In this document: positions 40,101-53,764 of the stretch, one piece after another | Position numbering within the stretch: the stretch's first letter is position 1 | How the letters are laid out: every line of letters starts with the position of its first letter | Assembly (NCBI GenBank): GCA_002104945.1 | Contig: MCFH01000025.1 | Span: 124,001 to 188,000, forward strand | Reading direction: 5' to 3' | Source of the DNA: Piromyces finnis finn | Lineage: Eukaryota > Fungi > Neocallimastigomycota | Length of the DNA stretch: 64,000 nucleotides | Notes under the pieces: model-generated | What the model was told of the DNA's origin: nothing | The model's database searches: none | The model's input: only the letters and a program-made list of their open reading frames with translations | Program-made: the position numbers and the translations under genes

Positions 40101-42885
40101 AATAAATAGTTCTAGTGAAAATGAACTTCCAGGAAGTGCTCATTCTAGTCCAAGAATGATAGGCAATAATATAAGTGGTAGTGCCACTTCAAGTCCAAAT
40201 CAAAGTCCTAAGATTAGTAGTAAAACATCTGTAAAGTCTGACACAAGTATGACAACTATTAATGGTAATTCTTCATTAGAAGAAAATAGATCTATGGAAT
40301 TTTCTGATGATTCATCAGTTAATCCTTCAGATAAAAAGGACAAAATGCAATGGAAGGATAAATACCTGAGATATATTAGAAAGAATTCCTACCAAAGTAA
40401 ATCAAAGTTAGATCAGTGCATTTCTGAAGCTAATAGCGATTCCGAGGGTGGTGATGCCTTGTTTGATAGTAACTTAAAAAGTGATAATGGTGAACATTCC
40501 GACCATTCCTACAGAAAGGATAATACAATTAATACTTATTCTGAGTCATCTACATTTGAAGAAGTAAAAGTTATTGACGCTAGTAGTAATAGTATTAATA
40601 TGTCTAATTCTATTATAAATATGTCAAAGATAAATCCTACCATTCAATTTTCACAAGAGGAAGAAGAAAAAGAAGGACCAGCTGTCTTTGTACAAAGTCA
40701 AGAAATTTATCCACAACTTTCAAACATTTCACTTTCAACCATTAATCAGGACGAAGATATTGGAAGTGACAAAGAATATGATATTAATGTATCAAAAATG
40801 CCAAATGATTTTTCCTATGAAATTATGAATTCTAAGGATGCTAACAACAGCGTTTCTTATATGAATATGAATAGTCAGGAACTTTTATCGAGAACAAATC
40901 TTTCTAGCATATCATTTAATGAAAATAGTAATGGAGGAGAATTAAGTCCAGTTATAGAAACCAATAATGTTAAAAATAATAGAAATAGTACTGAAAGGAA
41001 AAAAATAATGGACAACAATTTTAACATCCTTTCTCAACAGATTCAAAAGATCAGAAATGAAGTTGTTTCTAATAATAGTATGGAAGATATACAACGTACA
41101 CGCATTATTGATGATGATAAAAGTGACTATTCTTTTGTTGATCCTCCAAGATTTGATTCCAATATTGATATGAATGAAGCTCTAGAAGAGTATAGTTTTA
41201 ATCAAAGTGTAGAAAATTCTACCATATTAAATCCTATTTCTCAATCTAAAGTATACTCGGATAATCGTATTGGTTCATCTGGTGTTTTGGAAGAACCTCC
41301 AAAAAGACCACCAAAGAATGTCAAAAGTCGTAAAAATCAATCGAATAAGACTAAAAATATTACAATTAAGCCAATATTAAAGAATTCAACTCCAAGCAGT
41401 GCTAATACCACTCCAACACCAAAGAATTTAGAACTTAATATTGAAGATTTAAAGAAATTACATTCTCAAAGTAATGATTTATTAACTCCTACCCAGCATG
41501 ATGCTTGTGATCAATACAGTATTACAAGTACAATGAGTTCTAGTTCTACACCAAATCTTAATTTTGAAGAAGATGGTGATACTGTAGTGTATCCCACAAA
41601 TCAATTGGATGAAAAGAAAGATGAAAAGGAAGATACGCTTACTCGTACACATAAGGACAGTGGTAAAGAGGATTCAATTGATGAAGATATACTTACACCA
41701 AAGCTTAATCAAGCTCCATATAAGACAAGTAGAAATAGTGCCATTCTTCAAGTACCAAGTGGATCGGCCATTCAAGCTGAAATTTATAATATTTCATTTG
41801 AAGAAGAAAGTGATGAGGAGGAACAAGAACATCCTCCACGTGATCAATCACTTCAATATCATCATGAATTACTCAATCCAAATGGTAGGATGAGAAGTAA
41901 TAGTCTTTCATCTATCATTTCATCTTCTCACAGTATTCATAATAGTTGGGATGATGATGAATCCATTATTTCCAAGAATGGTGATGATGAAAAGGCTGCT
42001 CGCCGTTTAACTTTTGGTATGGACACCAATGAACAACTATTCAGGATTAAAAGAAGCAATTCACTTTCTTCTATATCTACCACCTCTTCTTATACTTATA
42101 CATTAATTACAAAGGACTCTGAAAAGAATAACCCAAATAGAAATAGATTTAATCAACTAATAAACAATTCCTATGCTCCACAACGAATTCCTCCTGTTCG
42201 TCCAATGATTAATATTAGTAATCAAACGGTATCATCAGGTTTACGTCAACCTAACATGTTCACTAATACCAATAATTATGCTCCCTCTATTGGATCTAAT
42301 TCTTTTAATTCCTTATCACAATCTCAAATTCCAATAGATTTTAATAATGGTGGCGGCAGTAGTAGTGGTTCAAGTGCCTATGGTTCAAAAATTCCAAATT
42401 CAAATTTACATCTTACACCATTTAATAATGCTAATCCAAATTTCTTTAGACCAAGTTCACCAAATACTGTAATGTCAATGAATGAAAATGCAAACCTTAC
42501 TCAAAGTGGTAGTAGTATTTATTCATCAAGTCAAAGTACTCTCAGCCACTCTAATTCTGTTAAATCTCAAAAATCACACAAACGATTTGGTCATTTTAAA
42601 AAGGGATCAATTAGTAAATTACCAATGAATACTTATCATCCATTAACTCATCACGGATATAAGGGAGATGACAGTTTCTTAACGGAAGAAGCTGCTAATT
42701 TCCAAATTAAGAATGCTAGTCTTATTAGTAGTTTAGAAGATAATTCAAAGAATAAATCTAAACCAAGTCGTATTCCTTTCTTAAATCATAAACATAATAA
42801 TCATGCCGTATCTTTTGATAATAATGGAAGCACAAATGTTAATGTTTCAAAACTTGAAATAAATCCAATTACCAATCAATTATGA
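37136..42885 (+). CDS. N-terminal C2-domain protein (Inn1/Fic1-like) with a very long Ser/Asn-rich disordered tail; 3 exons (37136-37184, 37258-37500, 37622-42885)
   Basis: Spliced N-terminus LLGTLEVT|AVGGNDIKSKALVSKPNLYVVFEIGNKKKTTTEKPGKNPRWNEVFKFDI...YIGSLEL is a C2 fold resembling S. pombe Fic1 as I recall it. PxxP motif EEPPKRPPK. The Inn1/Fic1 assignment is tentative. Confidence 0.75.
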
Positions 42886-43546
42886 AATGAATAGGACGTT
42901 AAACGTAAGGCATGACATTTTATTGCGATGATTAAAAAAAAAAATAAAAAAAGAAAAGCAAAACAAAAGCTTTTTTTATAAAAGTATAAAAAAAATCAAA
43001 ACAAACAAAATTCAAACAAAAATCTTAAAAAAACTAAAAACAATAAATGAATAATATAAAATAAACCAAAAACGTCGCATTTTGTGATAACAAAAAAAGT
43101 AAAATAAAAAAAAATAAATAATTAAAAAAGGTATTAATATATTGTAAAAAAATATATATATATTATATAAATATTAATACAATATAAAGTGAAATTGTTA
43201 ATTTTAGCAACAATTCCTTTTTACCAATAATTTAAATGTTTAGTTTTTATATTCACAAAATTTAAAATTTTAATCCTTTAATTTCATTATAAAATTCAGT
43301 AGTAAATTTAATTAAAACTTTTATAATGTTATAGAATTTTTTTTTTTTTATTTTTTAAGTTATTTTTTATTATTTAATAAAAAAGTAATTTATAATTTTT
43401 TTAAAAAAACATAATTTTAGTAACCTACAAAAAAAAAAAAAAGAAAAAACTAAAATAAAAAATAATTTAAAGTAATAAATAAAAAAAAAAAAGTATATAT
43501 AATATATATTCTCATAATATTCTACTACCATAAATCAATACCAAAA

Positions 43547-43578
<32 letters not shown>

Positions 43579-44127
43579 ACAGTAATAATAACTAATTTAT
43601 ACTCTAAAAAAAAAAAAAAACAATAAAAAATTAACATTTAAAAAATCAAATCTTGTTAAATACACCATTAATGGATATTCCATAATTAAATTTTTTATTT
43701 AAAAAATCAATCTTTTACCAGCTTTTTTTTTTTGGTATAATAAATAAAAAAAAAGATAAAAAAATAATATGCACATTTTTATTTTATTAATATTTCTTTT
43801 TTTTTTTTTAAAGTCTACCGTGTAAAAATGTATTATTATTTCTTTATTCTCATACCTTCTTTTTAAATAGGTTAAACTTTTAAAAAAAATTTTTTTTATT
43901 TTTTCTATTTGATTCTATATAATTAATTATATATATTGTTTTATATTATAATATATAATGATTATATAAATTAAATTTTTTTTTTTTTATTTTGTATTTA
44001 AGAACGTTCTTTTTTAAATTTTTTTCTTTTTAATACCTAGTTTAAAAAAAAAAATTATATATATATTAAATTATTGAACAACATTTAATTGAGTGTATAT
44101 ATAAAAGAAAATAATAAATATAAAAAA

Positions 44128-46575
44128 ATGAGTACTCAAGAAGAATTCCAAGGTTGTCCAGGAGGATGTTGTGGTGGTTGCCCAAGTGCTGGTGCTTGTG
44201 GTGGTTGTGAAGGCTGTCCAAATGCTGGTAGTTGTGGTGGTTGTCCAAATGCTGGTGGTTGCGGCGGTTGTGAAGGCTGTCCAAATGCTGGAAGTTGTGG
44301 TGGTTGTGAAGGCTGTCCAAATGCTGGAGGTTGTGGCTGTGGTGATTGCCAACAACCAGAAGAACAATGTTGTGGTTGTGGTTGTTGTGGATGTGAAGGT
44401 GAAGCTCCATATCAAACCTATGGTGTTGATGAAGAAGGTTACATTCTTTTAACTGAAGATGGTGGTGTTAAGAAGAAGATTATTAAGGAAGGTACTGGTG
44501 ATTTTCCACCAGCTGGTTCTAAGGTTACAGGTATTTTTAATTTTTTTTATTTATTTTTTTTTTGTCTATTAATATTATTTTCAATAATTGCTTTATAAAA
44601 TCATTAAAATTATGATATTTAAAAATCTGAAGAATTATATGTATATTTTTCCATAGTAAAAGATTTTACTAAAAATATAATATTTAAAACATTAAAGAAT
44701 ATACCTATGTCTATATTTTATCTTTTGATAGAATTTTACTAATTTTTTTTTTTTTTTTTTAATATTTTCTTTTATATTATTAATTAAATCTTTTTTTTTT
44801 TTTTATATACTTATGGATTATCCAATATAAACAATTACATTTTTTCATTATAATTTTAAAAATGAAATAAAATAATAACTACAATACAATATTTTCTAAT
44901 ATACGAATTAAAAAAAAAAAAAAAAAATGTTTATTTAAAATTTAATATTTATAAAATTTTATTTTGGTAATTAACTAAAGTTCATTATGATGGTTATTTA
45001 TATCCAAGTGGTGATGAATTTGATTCAAGTAGAAAGCGTCACTCTCCATTCACTTTCAATTTATCAAAAGGTAATCATTAATTTTTTACCCGTTATAATG
45101 TCAAGCCGTATAATTTCAATTTTAATAAAAATTTACCTTTTTTTTTTTTTATGGTACATTTAAAAATTTATATTTCAAATTAAAAATGATTGTTATTAAA
45201 AATATAAATAGGTGAAGTTATTAGAGCCTGGGATATTGGTATTGCTACCATTCGTAGAGGTGAACAAGCTTCTCTTCTTTGTGCTCCAGAATATGGTAAA
45301 TAAAATTTTAAAGTTTATTAAATAAAAGGATTTCACTAAAAACTTTGTTATTAAAAAAAGTAGTTTATTTTGATTAAATAATTAAAATTTAATATTTCCT
45401 TCTTATTTACAATATAATAGCCTATGGTGAAAGTGGCTCTCCACCATCTATTCCAGGAAATTCCACTTTAAGATTTGAAATTGAAGGTTTAAACATTGAA
45501 CCAGTAAAGTATCAAAAATAATATCTTATTCCTTTAAATATCTCTATAATTGATAATGAAAATCAAAATGAAGACTACTTTTCATTTGTATTATTAACAG
45601 TTATATTTTTTATAAATATATCACTTTTTTATATATATTTATATATAATTAATGAATAGCCACACCAAACCATTGCTGAAAGAATTGAAAGTGCTACCAA
45701 ATCTAAGGAAGAAGGTAATGCTTTATTTAAGGAAAAGAAATTTGAAGAAGCTATTCAATGCTACCAACAAGTAATTATTATTTTAAATAATTTTTATTGT
45801 TTATAATATTTGTATAAACCTATTTCTCTCTCCTTTTTTTTAAATATTAGTACTATTATTTTGATTTTTTTTTTCCTATTCAAATTGATAATGATAATAA
45901 ATTATATCTACAAAATATGTTATTAATAATATATATATATATATATATATATTATTTTATTCTAGGGTATTAAAACTCTTGATTACAGATGGGGTGCTAC
46001 TCCTGTTGAAGAAAAGAATATTGAAACTTTAAGAGTAAATCTTAATAGTAATGCTGCTATGTGTTCTTTAAAGATTAATAACTTGAATGATACTGTTAAC
46101 TTTTGTAATGCTGTAAGTAGATATTTATATTATTACTTTATATATTTTTTTTTAAAAAAAAGAAAGGATACGTTTATTATAAAAATATATATAGATATTA
46201 TATAAAAATAATTAACAAAATTATTTATATGTTTTAATTAAAGGCTATTGAACTTGATCCATTCAATACTAAAGCTCTTTACCGTTTATCTGAAGCTTAC
46301 ATTGGTCAATCAAACTTTGAAAAAGCTATTGAAGTTATCAACAAATGTTTAGAAGTAGTTATTAAAGATTTTGGTTTTTTATATTGATTTATAATAGTAA
46401 ATACCCAACAAACCTAACTTTTATATATATATATATAATAAAATTAACATAAAAAAAAAAAAAATAGATTAATCCTGATGATGCCTTATTCAAGCGTCAA
46501 GCTGCTATCTGTAAGAAGAAGGAAAAGGAATTCAAGACTTCTGAAAAGAAGATGTATGCTAAGATGTTTAGCTAA
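44128..46575 (+). CDS. FKBP-type peptidyl-prolyl isomerase with three TPRs (FKBP51/52-like Hsp90 co-chaperone) and an N-terminal Cys/Gly-rich repeat, multi-exon
   Basis: [20 protein letters not shown]|VHYDG..G.EFDSSR..PFTF..|[15 protein letters not shown]...LLCAPEY|[22 protein letters not shown]. TPRs [20 protein letters not shown] and NTKALYR; ends [10 protein letters not shown]. Confidence 0.92.
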
Positions 46576-46649
46576 ACATAACATAATTTATTTTTACTAA
46601 AATTATATCATACACCTTAAAAGAAAAACCAATTATGCATTTATATTTC

Positions 46650-46680
<31 letters not shown>

Positions 46681-47968
46681 GTAATAATAATACATATATA
46701 TATATTTAATGTTTTATTATAAATATATATATTAATATATCGTTTATCCTTAATAAATAAAAAAAAATTATAAAGAAAAAAAAATTTGAGAAACTGATCA
46801 ATATTATTTTCAGTAAATATATTTGTAATTATTTTAAGGTGTAATGTGTGAAAAAAAAGATATATATATGTTTAAATAATGTTGAAAGATATTATTATTA
46901 TTGCTAATATATAATGAAGATTAAATGTTTAATGCTTGTAAAAGTAAGATAGTAACATCATCATCATGATCATCTTTACTAAATATTGTTTTATCTTTAA
47001 ATTTAATAATGTTTCTTGACACCACTATAAAAGGGTACTTTAAGTTTTTTATTAATATACAAATTAATATATTATTTAATTTAATAATATATTATTTTAT
47101 ATTAAAATGAGTATATTAATTATATTTATTATTTAATATATTAACACCTTAAATTTTGAATAGTATCATTTGACATGACATAAATCTTTTTATATAAAGT
47201 TTATTTAATAAAAATTTTAAATTAAAGGAAAATTGTGGTATATTGAATTCATCGTGTAAGAACATGGCAACCTTAAAAAAAATGAAACTTTTTTATTATT
47301 AAAAAAGAGTTAAAAAAAAAAAAAAAAGACAATTCTTAACTATTAGAAGAGTCGTATAATGAAGTTATTTTTTATTATTTAAAATATATATTTTTTTTTT
47401 TTAGTTAAAAATTGCTGACCAAAAAAAGAAAAATTTTTTTTAATAAAATCAAATAAATTTTTTTTTGTTTCAATAATAAAATAAATAAATTTTCTTTTTT
47501 TGAAAATTATAAACTTTAAAAAAAACTTTAAAATTTAGGTGAAAACTTCAAATTCTTTTTTTTTTTTTTTTTTTTTAATGCTTTAAAACTCTTTTTTATT
47601 CTTTCTTTTTTTTATTTTTTTTTTTAAAAAAATAAATAAAATCAAAGAAAGAAACTAAAAATTCAAAAGGAAAATAATAAAAAATAAAAAATTGAAAAAT
47701 TAATTAAAAATAATAATAAATATAAACAAAAATATATTATACAATTCATAAAAAAGAAATATAAAAAATAATATTTAATCAATAGGAAAAAAACAGTTTT
47801 AATAAGTAAAACATTATTATTCATATTCATAATAAATAATAATATATTTTTATTGAAATAAAAAAAAAATAAACCCTTTAAACTTTATCAATAGTAAACT
47901 ATTTAATTGAACTTGGCTTTTTTTTTTTTTCTTCATAAAAAAAGAATAATATTAAAAAAAAAAAAAAA

Positions 47969-48625
47969 ATGAATAAAGGAAAACTTATCTCTACTGCTAT
48001 TAATGGACTTCGTTCCAAATATCAAACAATAAATTCAAAAGCTACTTCCACAACTGCTAATAATTATAATACATTAGCCAATGAAAATAGTAGTAAATTT
48101 ACTGGAAATTATTTAAATAGTTACACTCCATATTATTCAAATATGGTTCATAATGCCTTCAATTCATTTGAAGGTCATCAACAGCGTTTTGTTAGTACTA
48201 GTAATAGAGGTATGTTTGCCCAAAAGGAATCTGCCATGGAAGACCAATGGATTTATAATAAGGATAGAGAATTATTAAAAATAATAAAAAAGAAATTGGC
48301 AGCAAAGGATGCCATGGCATTTGCTTCCAACCAATCACAAAATACTATTCCTATGAATATGGCAAAGTCTATCAATTTTAATCCAGCATTTAACACAAAA
48401 GGTGCTCGTTTTCAGGTAAGACAATCTCCTCTTCGTCTTTCTGAAAAGGCTGAACTTTTAAAAAATAGTAGTCAAACATTTTATAATAATCCTGTATTAA
48501 ATTCAAGAAAAATGAAATTATCAACGAACATTCAAAATATGAAAGAAACCACAACTCATCAGCCTCAAAATCAAGAACGTTTAGAAAAGCTAAAAGAAAA
48601 ATTCTTTTCAGCAAGACAACCATAA
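47969..48625 (+). CDS. Single-exon 218-aa protein containing an F1Fo-ATPase inhibitor (IF1/Inh1, IATP-like) motif
   Basis: FAQKESAMEDQWIYNKDRELLKIIKKKL follows the IF1 pattern F..rE.A.Ed.(F/Y)....e.E.L..lk. The N-terminus is basic and hydroxyl-rich, like a presequence. Confidence 0.65.
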   Translation: MNKGKLISTAINGLRSKYQTINSKATSTTANNYNTLANENSSKFTGNYLNSYTPYYSNMVHNAFNSFEGHQQRFVSTSNRGMFAQKESAMEDQWIYNKDRELLKIIKKKLAAKDAMAFASNQSQNTIPMNMAKSINFNPAFNTKGARFQVRQSPLRLSEKAELLKNSSQTFYNNPVLNSRKMKLSTNIQNMKETTTHQPQNQERLEKLKEKFFSARQP

Positions 48626-49657
48626 AGGAATAATAAAGAAAAAAAAAAACTTTTTCTTTTTTTTTTTTTTTTCTTATATATTTCTTTTATTTTTTCTCAC
48701 TCTTTTTGTATTAAATTGTTAACTTTAATGAAATTGATATAATTTTAACAAAAAAAAGAAAAAAACGCCTTCCCAAAAAATACCTCATATATTCTTTTTA
48801 CTTTTATTATTATTGTTGTTGTTGTTATTTTTTTTTTTCTGTATATAAAAAGAATAACTATTGAATTCTAATCATATAGTTATAATTCTCAATTTAAAAG
48901 TTACTTTTCAAATTCAATTATCTATATTATTATTAAATTTTTTATTTATAATATATAGAAATGTATAAATGTATATAATAATAACTTTTATATAAAAAAA
49001 AAAAAACATTTTTATTATTATACTTTTTTTCATTAAAAAAAAAAAAAAAAAAGATTTTACTTTAAATGATTTTTTAAAAATATAATAATGAAATGAACTA
49101 TATGAAGTTTTATGTAAAGTATTTAATAATAATAATAATAATAAAAAAAAATAAAATTAAAATAATAAAAATTAAAATCAATTTTAAAAATAAGAAAAAA
49201 TAATTAAAGTAGAAAAGAAAACCTAAGGAATTAAATAAAAAGAAGAAAGGTTTGATTATTATTAAATTTAAAAGTGTTTTAATAATAGTTTTATTTTAAT
49301 ATAAAAATAAAAATGTTTATATTTTTTTTTTAAAATAAAAAAAGAAAAAGAGATATCTTATTTTTGAAATGGTATAAATAATTATTATTAAAAATGAATA
49401 ATAATAGGTATAATTAATTATAACATAGGTAATTGTTATGTTATTCTATATGTATTGTATAAATATTATTCAAAATATAAAAGTTATAATAAAAAGTTTT
49501 TTTTTTTCTAATGAATTAAAAAAGATAAAAATTAAAAAGTTTTTATATTATTCTTTATGTAATAAGATGAATTAAAAATAAAAAAAAGCAGAAGATTTAT
49601 CAATAGGTTAAACAAATTATATAGAAAAAAAAATAAGGATGATGATGATGATGATTT

Positions 49658-52600
49658 CTATATAAATTGATTATAAGCTATAGATTGAAGTTGTTTTAAT
49701 CTCTCGGCCGCTTTTTTACTTCCTAACTTTTTAGCCTAATTTTTAAAGAATTGAATATAAAAAATATTAAAATTTATTTTTTTTTCTTTCTAAAAAAAAA
49801 AAAACTTAATATACAATTAAATTTCAATATTACCTTTTCATATAAAAGAATAGCCTTTTGTATGTATCTTGATTGACCTTCAGCAATTTCTTCTTCAGTT
49901 AATTTTTGTAATGGAATAGATGTAAAGTGATGAGAAATATCATCATTCATGGTTGGATCATGATAACCTTCAGTAAACATCTCACCATGGTCTATTGAAT
50001 TATCATTTGTAGATAATGTAACTAAATCAAAACATCGTGTCTCATACAATTGACCTAAATTAAATGCAGCATCTGCATTTCCTTGACGAATGGCATGATA
50101 GTACCATTTTTTTGCTTCTTTTAAGTTAGAACGAAGTTTTTTATTATTTCTATGAGAGATACCTTCCTCTCCAGTATTTTTTTGATTTTGAATTATTTGA
50201 CAGTAATGTTTGTAAAAGGAATAGAGTTGATCCACTGAATAATGTAATAAACAATCTTGAGTTAGCCCTGTAAGGGAAGCTGCTGTTTTAAATTCTGTAT
50301 CAAATCCTAACTCATAAAATTGACCTAAAGCATTTTGAGTTTTTGAAAGATGGGATGATTTTAAATACCAATACAAGGCAATAATAAATTGTTTATGAGT
50401 ACAATAATAATTTCCTAATCTATATTGCGCCAGAGAATGTCCCTACATATTATTTTTTTTTATAAAAATAAGTAAATGAGAAAGAATCATGAAAAAAAAA
50501 AAAAAAGAAATAAGAGAAATAATAAATAATAATATGAATTTTTATTTTTATTTTTATTTTTATATTTTTAATAATTTACCTTTTCAGCAGCTTGTAAATA
50601 ATATTTTATGGCGATACTCTTATCAGATGAAATAAAGTATGATGAATTACAAGACTTGAGGATATTAGAATCTACACTATTAATATAGGAAGATATTAGA
50701 CTAGTTTCATCTTCTTCGATATTATCATAGAGTTTGCCAATATAATATAAAGCATCTATACTATTAATATTCAATAAAAAAAAAGTTTTAAAAGTTTTAA
50801 TATTATTAATTATTATAATATCATTATCATTATTATTTGTTCAATATATAAAGGTATATATATATATATTTTATTGAAAAAAAAATAAAAAAAAAAAGAT
50901 ATTGATGAATTAAAAGTATGCAATTATAATATTATTAAAAGTGAAAATTATTGTTTTTACCTTCCATTGGATAATGCTTTTAAAAAATTATTTAAGGCAG
51001 CATTTGTATTATTCTGTATATTAAATATAATGAAATTTCAAATTTTGAAAAATTAATATTTTTTTTAAATATAGAAAAATAAGATTAAATAAATAAATAA
51101 ACAAATAAACAAAAAAAAACTATATTTTAATTACCTCTTTCATATATATTTTTCCTAAATATAAAGCACCAAGTATACTATTTTGTTTGGATGCCTTTTC
51201 AAAATTCATTTTAGCCATTAAACAATCCTTAACAACACCAAATCCATTTTCATAACAAAGTCCTAAATATACTTGAGCTTCTGGTTCTCCCTATTAATTA
51301 CATTTTTTTATAAAAAAAATATTATATATTATTATCCTTAACTTATATTTAATAAATTTAAAATATATAAAATAAAAGAGTCTATTTATTTAAAATTTAT
51401 ATATATATAAATTTATATTTCAATGACTTTATTATAAAATCATTACCTGTTCGGCACTCTTTTGGAATAGATTAATAGCTTCGTTAAAATTTTTTTCAAC
51501 TCTTGCATATGGTGGATCATGATCAAAGTTTAATGTAGAAGAAGTGGTATTAATATGACTAGGACTCATACCATAATAATATATTTTACCCAAAGCTAAT
51601 TGTGCTTTAGGACAATTTTTTTGAGAACCCATTTGATACCAATATACTGCTTTATTAATATTTTCTTCAACAAATTGACCATTTTCATACATCCGTCCTT
51701 TATATATGAATATAATAATAAATATAGTTTTTTTTTATTTTATAATTTATTATTAATTTATATTAAAAATAACTATAAAAATTATTCAAAAATTATTATA
51801 TATATATTTACCTAAACTAGTGAAACAACTCACTTCACCATTATCAGAACCATCTTTATAATATTCATAAGCTTTTTTATCATTTTTTAATACACCAACA
51901 CCATTTTCATAGATATTTCCAAGTGCACCAAAAGCTTTTCCATAATTTAATTTTACAGCTTCACTATACCTAGTTGGAAAAATAAATTATTATTATTATT
52001 ATTATTATTATTCCTCTTCTTCTTCTTCTTCTTATTATTATTACTATTATTATTTTCTAACATTATTTAAAGTAATATTTATATTCAAAATATCATATTA
52101 TTCTATTATTCATTTAATAGTTACCAATATATTGCCATACAAATATCATTTTGAATTCCATAGCCTTTCTCATACATTAAACCTAACATATACATAGCTT
52201 CAGGTATGCCTGATTCTGCAGCTTTCTATTTATAATATTTATAATAAAATAAAAGTAAATAGAAAAAATAAAATTTTTTTTATTAATTTACATACTATAT
52301 ACAATATAAAAAGCTTTCTGTTTTTCAAGTAATACAATATAATATATTTAAATATTTATAAAAAATAATTATAATAATTACTGTGTATTGTTTAAATGCA
52401 TTCGTATAAGATTTTTCCATTCCAATACCATAGAAATATTTCTCACCACTAATATACATTTCATATGGATCTATTTATTTACATTAAAATGTAGTTTTAT
52501 ATATTATACAAATTAATATATATATTTAAATGATGAAAATTTATTCAATAAAAGCACAATTCTTTTCTTTAATTCATATATATATATATATTTGTTTTTG

Positions 52601-53764
52601 TTATTATTATAAAGAAATTTACTTTCATTTAATTCTTTTTTACTTTGAAGAAAAACTTTTTCTTTTTTTAATTGATTATTACTTAATGAAGTTTCTATGT
52701 TATTAAGTGAAATATTTAATAACTAAATAATATTAAGATGATTTGTCCATACAATAATATATAGAACATAAAAAAATAAGATGTTAAAGAAAAAAAGTGT
52801 TTTTTTTATTTTTATTTAATGAGAAGTTCAAATATGAATATATATATTTATAATCACAAAAAGAAAAAAATACCAAATTCTTCCATTCATCATCAATTCT
52901 TATAAAGTATTTATTTAATTTATTTACATTAAACCACCATTTGAAATAGGAATTATTCCAACTTTTTTTTTTTGTTTCATTTTATAATTTAAAGGTAATT
53001 AATAAATATAAAATTATAATAATAGTAATATTAATAAATACTATGAATTTAAAAAAGAAAATATTATTTCAATTAAATAAGAATATCGTTTGAGAAACCT
53101 TTTTAGTTTTTCCAATAAGATGTTCACTTTATTATTTAGATTTATTAATGATGTGATTACAGGATGTTGCAGTGAATTGTTGGAATTATTTGATTTATTT
53201 GTAAAATAATCATATTGAAAATTAATTATATTAAAATGGGATAAATAAGCATCCTTTTTTCATTATTTAAAAATTAAAAAAGGTAGGATATATATATTAC
53301 ATATTATAATAATGTATTTTTTTAAATAGTTAATGATTAGTCTTTAATTAATGGATAAAAATATATATAAATATATATATACATATATGTTTAAAAAAAA
53401 AGATACATACCATTATTTTTGTTACTTTTTTTAACAATTCACTATCATTGGGATTACTATTTGATTTTTTTGAATTTGAATTTAATTTTAAAGTTAAATC
53501 TCGAGATACGAAACCCATTTCTAAAAGTTCATCTTTAATTAAATTTGGAAGAGAATGATGATTTTGATCAAGTATTGATGATTGTTGACCAACGACAGAT
53601 GTATTATTCATAGGGTTTAAATCATTTTGTTCATTTAATATTTTATTTTTTCCATTATCAATTTTACTTTCTTTCCATGAATCTGATAAATTATCATTTA
53701 CATTTCTAGAATATGCATTATTATAATAATTGTTGCCATTATTATAAGCAATACCAACACTCAT
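49658..53764 (-). CDS. Sel1-like repeat (SLR) protein, multi-exon
   Basis: Many SLR units: EAMYMLGLMYEKGYG, AFGALGNIYENGVG, AQLALGKIYYYG, EAQVYLGLCYENGFG, AQNALGQFY-like TQNALGQFYELGF, DAAFNLGQLYE. Last exon AKKLGSKKAAERL...FI*, TAG at 49658-49660. Some internal exon edges are uncertain. Confidence 0.85.
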
